Source: an uncultured Lachnospiraceae bacterium
GTDB taxonomy: Bacteria > Bacillota > Clostridia > Lachnospirales > Lachnospiraceae
Assembly: GCA_902761665.1 (NCBI GenBank)
Contig: CACWLA010000001.1
Span: 20,890 to 84,889, forward strand
Direction of reading: 5' to 3'
Length of the DNA stretch: 64,000 nucleotides
Below, in pieces: positions 42,680 through 49,942 of the stretch. Below the pieces are notes generated by a model. The model made no database searches. It was not told where the DNA came from and saw only the letters and a program-made list of their open reading frames with translations. The translations under genes and the position numbers were made by a program. The first letter of the stretch is position 1. Every line of letters starts with the position of its first letter.

Positions 42680-43198
42680 TTATGCTCTCGGCAGGAGCAG
42701 CTTGTCCAGAATCGCGGACAGTGCTTCTTTTTCTTCATCGCTGAGGGCGGCGAAGGCGGACTTGAAGCGGAGCGCGCGTTCGTCTTCGACTTCGGCGGCG
42801 CGGGCGGCACCTTTCTCGGTAAGGGAAAGGAGAGTGGCGCGGCGGTCAGCGGGATCGACCGTGCGGACGATATAGCCGTCGTCCTCCAGTTTATTGATGA
42901 GTTCGCTCATGGCGGGGGCGCCGATGTGTACCTTTTCCAGAAGGTCTTTCTGACGGACGCCGCCTTCGCTCTTCCCGATCAGGACGAGCAGGCGTTCGCG
43001 GCCGAGCATCGGACGGGGCATCGGGGGAACAGGCATGCCGGGCATGGGCATGTGACGGGGACCGCCCTGACGGCAGCCGGGGCCGTAAGGACCGTGAGGC
43101 ATGTGTTTCGGACCGCAGCCTCCGTGCATGGCGCGGGCGCGGTGATTCATGTGGATGAACATTTCCATTTTCTGCATGAGATCGGCTTCGTTGATCAT
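42680..43198 (-). CDS. MarR-family regulator with Met/His/Pro/Cys-rich insertion after helix 1
   Basis: wHTH VRQKDLLEKVHIGAPAMSELINKLEDDGYIVRTVDPADRRATLLSLTEKG. N-terminal MINEADLMQKMEMFIHMNHRARAMHGGCGPKHMPHGPYGPGCRQGGPRHMPMPGMPVPPMPRPM. AAGGAGA RBS. Confidence 0.8.
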   Translation of the reverse strand: MINEADLMQKMEMFIHMNHRARAMHGGCGPKHMPHGPYGPGCRQGGPRHMPMPGMPVPPMPRPMLGRERLLVLIGKSEGGVRQKDLLEKVHIGAPAMSELINKLEDDGYIVRTVDPADRRATLLSLTEKGAARAAEVEDERALRFKSAFAALSDEEKEALSAILDKLLLPRA

Positions 43199-43266
43199 TC
43201 TTTCATTCTCCTTTCCTGCTGTGACGTTCTATGTGTTCGGAAATTCTTCCGTATCGGCTCGATTAG

Positions 43267-43284
43267 TTCGGTACCGACATAATT
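43267..43284. promoter_or_regulatory. GGTACC-centred box 1 (candidate MarR operator)
   Basis: TTCGGTACCGACATAATT, containing the perfect palindrome TCGGTACCGA. It lies immediately downstream of the marR -10. Confidence 0.45.
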
Positions 43285-43285
43285 G

Positions 43286-43313
43286 AGTATAACAGAAAAT
43301 CTGCGGCTGTCAA
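43286..43313 (-). promoter_or_regulatory. marR promoter
   Basis: Minus strand: TTGACA (43308-43313), 16-nt spacer ending in TGt, TATACT (43286-43291). Confidence 0.65.
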
Positions 43314-43318
43314 CGATA

Positions 43319-43337
43319 TTTTGGTACCGAAATAATT
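43319..43337. promoter_or_regulatory. GGTACC-centred box 2 (candidate MarR operator)
   Basis: TTTTGGTACCGAAATAATT, a direct copy of box 1 (GGTACCGAnATAATT) just upstream of the marR -35. Confidence 0.45.
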
Positions 43338-43364
43338 AAAAAAACGTAAACTTTCTGCCGCCCC

Positions 43365-43573
43365 GCCTCCGTCCGGCGCACGGTGTCCCTTCGGGCACGC
43401 GCCTACGCCTCCGTCCGGCCCATGGCGTGCCTTCCGGGCACGCGCCTACGCCTCCATCCGGCGCACGGTGTCCCTCCGGGCACGCGCCTACGCCTCCGTT
43501 CGGCCTATGGCGTGCCTTCCGGGCACGCGCCTACGCCTCCGTCCGGCGCACGGTGTCCCTCCGGGCACGCGCC
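43365..43573. repeat. Five head-to-tail 42/43-bp GC-rich repeat units (85-bp period x 2.5)
   Basis: Units at 43365-43406, 43407-43449, 43450-43491, 43492-43534, 43535-43573. Odd units read GCCTCCGTCCGGCGCACGGTGTCCCTCCGGGCACGCGCCTAC. Even units read GCCTCCGTCCGGCCCATGGCGTGCCTTCCGGGCACGCGCCTAC. Confidence 0.9.
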
Positions 43574-43722
43574 CTTCTTCCGTTTCCGCGCTCGTCGATC
43601 AGACGGCTGCTCTGCTAAACTCGCGCGGCGAAGCCGCGCATCGGCGGTTCGCCTTAGCAGGCTCCCGCTGTCGCTCCGCAGCCGCCACATCGCACGAAAA
43701 CGGCGGCGAAGGCAGCGCTATC

Positions 43723-43754
43723 GCCCGGAGGGACACCGTGCGTCGGACGGAGGC
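43723..43754. repeat. Inverted copy of the odd repeat unit
   Basis: GCCCGGAGGGACACCGTGCGTCGGACGGAGGC is the reverse complement of the first 32 nt of the odd unit, with 1 mismatch. Confidence 0.85.
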
Positions 43755-43783
43755 TTGTGCGCCGGCGGATTTTTCGGTATAAT
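43755..43783 (+). promoter_or_regulatory. Promoter of the oxidoreductase gene
   Basis: TTGTGC (43755-43760), 17-nt spacer, TATAAT (43778-43783), 24 nt before ATG 43807 (GGAGG RBS). Confidence 0.6.
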
Positions 43784-43806
43784 ACGGAAAGAAACGGAGG
43801 TTCGTC

Positions 43807-44706
43807 ATGAAGATCGGTTTTATCGGACTCGGAACGATGGGGATGGGCATGGCCCGTAACCTTTTGAAAAAACACGGCAGCCTGACGGTGCATACCGCGT
43901 CGAAGGAGAAACAGGCAAGGCTCGCCGAAGAAGGCTTTACGGTGGCACCATCCTATGCGGACATGTCGGACTGTGGGATCATTTTCCTCTGCCTGCCGGA
44001 CGACGCCGTGGTGGAGAAGGTGACGCTCGGCGAGGGCGGCCTGATCCATCATCTGCAGGAGAGCGGCGCGATCGTGATCGATACCAGCACGACTTCTCCG
44101 GACTGCGCGCGGATGATCGCCTCGGCTTATGAAGAACGCGTGGGGGCTTTCCTGGATGCGCCCGTCTCCGGCATGAAGGCGAGATCCGATGCCGGGACGC
44201 TGACGGTCATGGTCGGCGGCCTGCGGGAAGCTTTTGATGAGGCGAAGCCGTATCTTGACATGATCGGGACGACCGTTCTTTACATGGGCGGATCGGGCTG
44301 CGGGCAGGCAGCCAAGATGATCAACAACACTGCCTATGACATCAATGTAGCCGGGATCGCGGAACTGCTGCCGCTCGCCCTGCGTCTTGGGCTCGAGCCG
44401 GAAGCGATCGCCGAGGTCCTGAATACCGGGACCGGCCGCAGCTATGCTTCGGAATTCTTCATTCCGCGCATTTTGAAGAACAGTTTCGTTGACGGTTACC
44501 CGATCGAAAAGGCCTTCAAGGATCTTGCGCATGCGGAGGAGACGGAAGCGGCCGAGGAGGTGGAACTGCCCATGACGAACGCTGCCGCAGCGGTCTTCCG
44601 CAGAGCGATGGAAGAAGGATTCGGCGGACTCAACAAGGGCGGCCTCATTCGCGTGAAGGAAGAGGAACTCGGCGTCAGCTTCCGCAGTGACCGGGCTGAA
44701 AACTGA
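43807..44706 (+). CDS. NAD(P)-dependent oxidoreductase, 3-hydroxyisobutyrate/6-phosphogluconate dehydrogenase family
   Basis: MKIGFIGLGTMGMGMARNL Rossmann motif. 299 aa, typical HIBADH-family length. Confidence 0.85.
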   Translation: MKIGFIGLGTMGMGMARNLLKKHGSLTVHTASKEKQARLAEEGFTVAPSYADMSDCGIIFLCLPDDAVVEKVTLGEGGLIHHLQESGAIVIDTSTTSPDCARMIASAYEERVGAFLDAPVSGMKARSDAGTLTVMVGGLREAFDEAKPYLDMIGTTVLYMGGSGCGQAAKMINNTAYDINVAGIAELLPLALRLGLEPEAIAEVLNTGTGRSYASEFFIPRILKNSFVDGYPIEKAFKDLAHAEETEAAEEVELPMTNAAAAVFRRAMEEGFGGLNKGGLIRVKEEELGVSFRSDRAEN

Positions 44707-44812
44707 CGGAAAATCAGTCATTGCCCTTGTATGCGGGCAGGACGTTATGATAAAATGCAAAGACGAATGGAAAGATAAGTTCGGCTCGACCGGACATTAT
44801 GGAGGAGGAGAG

Positions 44813-46729
44813 ATGAAAAAATTTTTATGCTGGCTGATCTGCGCGGCCATGCTCCTTACGGCAGCGGCCTGCGGCAAAACGCCGGAAAGAACCAGAACCA
44901 TGCCCGGCACGGCAGCTGAACCCGAGACAACGGTCCCCGAGACGGAAGCCCCGAAAACCGATAAGGACGCCAAGGCGGACGACGTGGTCAAGGAAGCCCT
45001 GAAAGCCCTGCTGAAGGACGATCTGAAGTTCGGCTTTACCTCGGATACCGCGCTGGACCTGTCCCTGCTGCGCGCTGCGGAAGAAAGCAAGGCGGCACAG
45101 TCTGACGGCGGGGCCGGCATGGATGACATGCTCGGCATGATCATCGGCGTGATCTTCGGCGATAAAAACGAACTGAATCTCAAACTGGACGTGAAGGCAG
45201 AAGGCTCCGCTGACGCACAGAAGGGCATGGCGGCTAAGATCGAACTGAAGAACAACGCCGCCGAAGTACTGGAAGGCCTGCTCGAACTGCTGAACAGTCA
45301 GACGGAAGGCGGAGAATCGCCCGTCTCCTGGCTGAAGGATACCTTCAATACCGAAGTCTATATGGACAAGGCCGAAGGAAAAGCATATTTCCTGAATCCG
45401 GTCACGGAGGAATGGAACTTTACCGAAGCCAGGTTCACGAAGGACGAGGACGCAGAAAAAACTATTGATGAACTGGAACTGGAGAAGTTCTTCGGAAAAG
45501 ACTACGAATGGAAGATCACGAACACGCAGTATCTGTTCAGTGCCGACGTTGATCTGAAGGAACTGGCTCTGAACAGTGTTGCGGAGGAAGACCGGAAGGA
45601 CGCGGAAGAAGAGATCGGCGAGGTGATGGACGGCCTTGTTCTTCACGTTGCCCTGACCTTCAATGATGAGAAGAAGCTCGAAAGCGCCGAGCTCTCTCTC
45701 GACCCCGTCACCAAGGATCTGAACATGTTCCTGGTAGGCATCGGCATCAGCCTGCGCCTGAACCGCTTTGAGATCAAATGCGGCATGGATTACGCGGCAG
45801 CGGTCGACTGTGAAGTCCCGGCAGCTGTAAAGGAAAGCGCCGTGGAAGCCGAAAGCGGCTCCATCCTTCCGATCGGACCCGGTACCGACGATCCCTTCGG
45901 CCCGGACGAAGACGAGTTCCCGTGGGCGAACGATAACTACAGCCTGAAGGACGAAGTCCTGGCAGACGACGAGAACGTCAGGCTGACGGCAAACAAAGTG
46001 GAGACAGACGAGTTCGGCGACATCCATGTGCTGTTCACGCTGGAAAACAAGACAGATAAAAAACTGAGCATAGATCTTGACGACCTGTACGTGAACGGTC
46101 TGCAGGTGAACGGGTTCGTTTATGAAGACGTTGAGCCGCAGGAGAGTCTCGAACTTGATCTGGAGATCTATGACATTCACATGAATGAGATCCGCCAGAA
46201 GCATATTTATCAGCTGGATCTTTTCTTTGAGATCGAAGATCCCGAAGACTGGATGGCAGATCCCGTGCTGGAAGATCATTTCACGCTTAACGTTCAGCCC
46301 GGAGAAGCAGAACCCTGGGAGCAGGATCCTGCGATGACGCTGCTCGAAACGGAAGATCTGAAGGCAGTCTGGCTGCCTGCAGGCGAACGTGATGAGATCC
46401 TCGGCATGGATCTGTACGTGTTCTGCGAAAACGGAAAAGACATCCCGGTGAGTTTTGAGATCACGGATCTTAAGGTCAACGGAATTGAAGTTGACACAGT
46501 CTGGTGGGAAGACGAAATCAAGGGCGGCTTTGTCGGCGTGAGCAAGGAATCGGTGTCGGCCGATTTCCTGAAGCAGAATGAGATCGCTGAGATTACTGAG
46601 ATTACGGGCACGATCCGCGCCTACTCGGAAGACGACAGCTGGAACGAGGTCGAATATGCCGTGAACGACTTTACGGTCACTTATCAGGCAGACGGAAGCG
46701 TCAGCCTGGAGACCGCCGCCGCGGAATAA
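44813..46729 (+). CDS. Lipoprotein of unknown function with duplicated C-terminal domain
   Basis: Start ATG 44813 (GGAGGAGGAG RBS). Signal plus lipobox MKKFLCWLICAAMLLTAAAC. Two related C-terminal modules (FTLENKTDKKLSIDLDDLYVNGLQV / VFCENGKDIPVSFEITDLKVNGIEV). Confidence 0.7.
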   Translation: MKKFLCWLICAAMLLTAAACGKTPERTRTMPGTAAEPETTVPETEAPKTDKDAKADDVVKEALKALLKDDLKFGFTSDTALDLSLLRAAEESKAAQSDGGAGMDDMLGMIIGVIFGDKNELNLKLDVKAEGSADAQKGMAAKIELKNNAAEVLEGLLELLNSQTEGGESPVSWLKDTFNTEVYMDKAEGKAYFLNPVTEEWNFTEARFTKDEDAEKTIDELELEKFFGKDYEWKITNTQYLFSADVDLKELALNSVAEEDRKDAEEEIGEVMDGLVLHVALTFNDEKKLESAELSLDPVTKDLNMFLVGIGISLRLNRFEIKCGMDYAAAVDCEVPAAVKESAVEAESGSILPIGPGTDDPFGPDEDEFPWANDNYSLKDEVLADDENVRLTANKVETDEFGDIHVLFTLENKTDKKLSIDLDDLYVNGLQVNGFVYEDVEPQESLELDLEIYDIHMNEIRQKHIYQLDLFFEIEDPEDWMADPVLEDHFTLNVQPGEAEPWEQDPAMTLLETEDLKAVWLPAGERDEILGMDLYVFCENGKDIPVSFEITDLKVNGIEVDTVWWEDEIKGGFVGVSKESVSADFLKQNEIAEITEITGTIRAYSEDDSWNEVEYAVNDFTVTYQADGSVSLETAAAE

Positions 46730-46744
46730 GAGAAGATAAGAATG

Positions 46745-46780
46745 AAAGAGCGCAGATCCTTTGAAGGGTCTGCGCTCTTT
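46745..46780 (+). terminator. Intrinsic terminator after the lipoprotein gene
   Basis: AAAGAGCGCAGATCC-TTTGAA-GGGTCTGCGCTCTTT (1 mismatch) then T. Confidence 0.7.
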
Positions 46781-46847
46781 TGCTGTGCAGAATGCGGCCG
46801 CGGAATACCGGTGCCTTGAACCGGCTGCGGAGCTTCGCTGTTCGTAT

Positions 46848-47732
46848 TCAGCTTTCTTTCATGAAGACGTCAAAATACAGGCGGCAGCCTTCCTTCGGAT
46901 CCAGGTCGGAACCGCTGTTTTCGATCATGTAGCCGATCACCTGCGACGGGATCACGAGGCTCTTCGTCTTCAGTTCCTTCTTGCGGGAGCGGGCCATCTG
47001 CTTGATCACTTCCTTCAGGTCGGAACCGCTGTATGCCTCGCGGTAGAGGGCAGCGTCCTTCGCGCGGCGGGCCAGGCAGGTCCTGTTGTGCGCGAGCCGC
47101 AGAAGCGTTGCGATCCCGAAGGTCAGCGGCATGAGGAGCGTTGCCGGGATCCAGATCGGAAGCCGGGTCGCAAAGCCGTAGAAATCGTTCCAGCCGCCCT
47201 GTTCCTCACCGATCACGACCACCATCACGAAATAGATGACTGCGTAGATGAACACCGGGATGAGCGCGAGGAAGGATTCCTTCAGCCGCACCAGGTGGCT
47301 GCAGATAAAGCAGCAGAAACTGAGGATGGCGAGGATCGGACAGACGCCGTGCAGGAAGAAGCGGGAGCCGCTGTAGATCAGGTAGAAGCCCTTGACCGGG
47401 GCCAGGATGCACAGCGAGATGAGAAAGTTCAGGCTGATGGCGGTAATGGCCATGTGCATCAGGATCACGACCCAGTCAGGCAGATGGTAGTAGCCCGTGC
47501 GCAGGCCGTCGACCGTATACGGAATGCAGAGCATCATCGCGAGGGCGGTCAGGATATTGGAATTGACCGTGAACATGCAGAAGGTCTGCAGGCCCATGTG
47601 GTCGAAGTTTTCATCGTAGAGCGTGGTCAGGTTCATGGTGACGCCGATGCAGACGCCGATGACGACGATGGCCGCGCTGACGAGGGCGAAAAGGCACTGC
47701 ATCCGGTTGCTGCGGATCGCGGGATCTTTCAT
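46848..47732 (-). CDS. Polytopic membrane protein of unknown function
   Basis: 294 aa, about 6 hydrophobic helices plus charged C-terminal domain. AAGGAGG RBS. Confidence 0.6.
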   Translation of the reverse strand: MKDPAIRSNRMQCLFALVSAAIVVIGVCIGVTMNLTTLYDENFDHMGLQTFCMFTVNSNILTALAMMLCIPYTVDGLRTGYYHLPDWVVILMHMAITAISLNFLISLCILAPVKGFYLIYSGSRFFLHGVCPILAILSFCCFICSHLVRLKESFLALIPVFIYAVIYFVMVVVIGEEQGGWNDFYGFATRLPIWIPATLLMPLTFGIATLLRLAHNRTCLARRAKDAALYREAYSGSDLKEVIKQMARSRKKELKTKSLVIPSQVIGYMIENSGSDLDPKEGCRLYFDVFMKES

Positions 47733-47775
47733 GAGAACTGGCCTCCTTTCTCGGATGGGGGAAATGACGGGGCGT

Positions 47776-49899
47776 TTACGGGACCATCTGCGCGATGGGA
47801 CCGGTGCCGGATACCCGGCTGTGGAGTCGGAACGGATCCGGCAGGCCGAAACTGCCGTCAGCGCTGTCCCGGAAAAGCCCGGGCAGGAGCCTGTCGTCGG
47901 CAGTATGGCGGCGCATTCTGACGAGGTCGCTCAGGAAAAGTCTGCCGTCACCGTAAAGGGAAATGCTCCCTTCGAAGCAGGGCTCGCCTGCCCTGCCGTA
48001 CAGCCGCAAGAGATCGCCGTCCTCCAGCGGAGAGCCGTCAGGCTTCGCGTTGCCGCCGGCGCTGAAGAGCCCGCAGTCCGTTATCGGGATGACGAGATGC
48101 TTCGCGGCTCCTGCGGTGCCGGCTGCAAACCAGAGGCCGGTGCTCAGCCCCCCCGAGGGGGAGATGCATATCTGCAAGCCGTCCGCGGCGGCTCCGGCCG
48201 GGGAAACGGAAACAAGATAGGAAACCGTTCCGTCGGAGACGAGGCTCTGCAGCGAGCTGTCGTCAGGCGTGAAGTAAATGACCGGCGCGTTGGAACCGTC
48301 CTGACGGGAAGCTGCCGAGGCCGGCTGACCGTCGCCCGCGGTACTGCCGGAAACAGCCCAGGTCCCATCCAGGACCTGTCCTTCTGCCGCTCCGGTCTGC
48401 TCGACCGCGATGATGCCGCGGGGGAAAACGATCCGGCCTTCCGCGTCCCGGAAGAACCCGTCGGTTCCTTCGGGCGCCCGAACGACCGCGGCCGTTTCGT
48501 CACCGAAGACCGCGCCGTCCGGCCCAGCCGTTACGGTCCAGGCAGCCGTGAGGGCGGCATCGGAAAGAGCCTTCACGTCCGTGCAGGCATAATAGCTGAC
48601 CGTGAACTCTGCGCCTTCCAGTGAAGGCGCGGAAAGCTGCGGCTGAACGGAGATCTTCACGGAGATCAGTTCCGGTGTGAGCTGGAAGGAGAGCTTTGAC
48701 GTCTCATCTTCCGTGATCTTTGCGCTCTGCACCGCCGGTTCTTCAAAACCGGGGACGGCGGATACGGGCTTTACATAAACGGTCTGGGAGGCGTAGCACC
48801 TTACCGTTACGCTGCCGTTTGCATCCGTGGGGACGGATACCAGCTGCCTGGTGCAGGCAGCATCGGAATAAACACCGATCTTTACGCCGCCAAGGGCATA
48901 ATTGGGATTGCCCCCGGTCAGTTCCGGTAGGGAAGAAGAAAGCTGCACCGACAGGTAGCCCTGCGGAGGCGGCGGGGGCGGAGCGGGCTCCGTAGGCTGT
49001 ACCGGCTGTGTGGGCTGTACCGGCTGTGTGGGCTGTACCGGCTGTGTGGGCTGAGAGGGTGCCGAAGGCTGGGAAGGCTGCGCCGGCTGTGTGGGCTGAG
49101 GGGTGCTGTCCGCGACCGGGATCAGGACATAGCAGGGCGCGTTCTTCAGGGCTTCACCCGAGGCGCCGTTATCGACGGCGCAGCCGCCGTGCACGCCTTC
49201 AGACCAGCGGGTGGAATGCACGCGCCAGACGTTCCGGCTGCCGTAACCCCGCCAGACTTTGTTCGCATCGCCGGTGGCGAGCGTTCCGCTTAAGGCATCC
49301 CTGCCGAGGCCGTAATAGTTCTCCAGCCAGATACGCATCTCGTATTCGCTCATGTAAGGGAAGGCGCCGAGGCTGATCCAGCAGTGGCCGTACTGCTCAG
49401 TCGGCGAGGTCAGGAGACCGATCGTACCGGCTGCGTTAAAAGCACCGGCGGCAAAAGCCGCGTCGGCTGTACTGTATTTTTGGAACAGGAAGGTGAATGT
49501 CGAACTTCCGCAGGGAACGCTTACCGTACTGCCGGGAGAAAGCTGCTTATCCAGCATCGAACAGAAATTGCGTACGTTTGCGTAAGGGTAGGAAGCGGAC
49601 CAGTGCAGGTTGAAGCGGGAGATGAGATCGACGCCCTGCGACTGCCAGGCGTCAAGCAGATACCCGATACATTCCCGCAGTTCGCCGGTGCAGGGGATGG
49701 TGCTGTAGAAAGAGTAAGGGTCGCGCTGAACGACGTGAGAAAGGAAATGCTTGATGACGTTATAGACCTTGCCGTTTGCCGGGGGCGTGTAGGTCCAGGA
49801 AGCGGCATGCGCAGACCGGGGCGCTGCCGCAAAAACAGTCCCCAGGATGATGCAGGATGAAAGGCAAAGGGTGCACAGGCGCTTCATCAGTTTCTTCAT
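47776..49899 (-). CDS. Secreted protein: unknown N-terminal domain, Pro-rich linker, Cna-B/SpaA-like beta-sandwich repeats
   Basis: Start ATG 49899. Signal peptide MKKLMKRLCTLCLSSCIILGTVFAAAPRSAHA. Linker PTQPAQPSQPSAPSQPTQPVQPTQPVQPTQPVQPTEPAPPPPPP. Repeats such as GVKIGVYSDAACTRQLVSVPTDANGSVTV. Confidence 0.65.
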   Translation of the reverse strand: MKKLMKRLCTLCLSSCIILGTVFAAAPRSAHAASWTYTPPANGKVYNVIKHFLSHVVQRDPYSFYSTIPCTGELRECIGYLLDAWQSQGVDLISRFNLHWSASYPYANVRNFCSMLDKQLSPGSTVSVPCGSSTFTFLFQKYSTADAAFAAGAFNAAGTIGLLTSPTEQYGHCWISLGAFPYMSEYEMRIWLENYYGLGRDALSGTLATGDANKVWRGYGSRNVWRVHSTRWSEGVHGGCAVDNGASGEALKNAPCYVLIPVADSTPQPTQPAQPSQPSAPSQPTQPVQPTQPVQPTQPVQPTEPAPPPPPPQGYLSVQLSSSLPELTGGNPNYALGGVKIGVYSDAACTRQLVSVPTDANGSVTVRCYASQTVYVKPVSAVPGFEEPAVQSAKITEDETSKLSFQLTPELISVKISVQPQLSAPSLEGAEFTVSYYACTDVKALSDAALTAAWTVTAGPDGAVFGDETAAVVRAPEGTDGFFRDAEGRIVFPRGIIAVEQTGAAEGQVLDGTWAVSGSTAGDGQPASAASRQDGSNAPVIYFTPDDSSLQSLVSDGTVSYLVSVSPAGAAADGLQICISPSGGLSTGLWFAAGTAGAAKHLVIPITDCGLFSAGGNAKPDGSPLEDGDLLRLYGRAGEPCFEGSISLYGDGRLFLSDLVRMRRHTADDRLLPGLFRDSADGSFGLPDPFRLHSRVSGTGPIAQMVP
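48995..49048. repeat. Three perfect 18-nt tandem repeats (coding for QPTQPV linker units)
   Basis: GGCTGTACCGGCTGTGTG x3 at 48995-49012, 49013-49030, 49031-49048. Confidence 0.9.
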
Positions 49900-49942
49900 G
49901 AAACATTTCCCTTCCGGAATGCAAAGAGTGGCATATATTATA

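Noticed and set aside
43365-43573. Possible CRISPR array.
   Set aside because: The conserved part is about 29 nt, but the variable part is only 13-14 nt and alternates between just two versions. There are no unique spacers and no cas genes in the window.
43383-43859. ORFs of 158, 104, 63 and 61 aa running through the 43.4-kb repeat array (e.g. MSLRARAYASVRPMACLPGTRLRL...).
   Set aside because: The periodic amino-acid sequence merely mirrors the DNA repeat. There is no RBS. They run across the oxidoreductase promoter and start codon. No protein-like composition.
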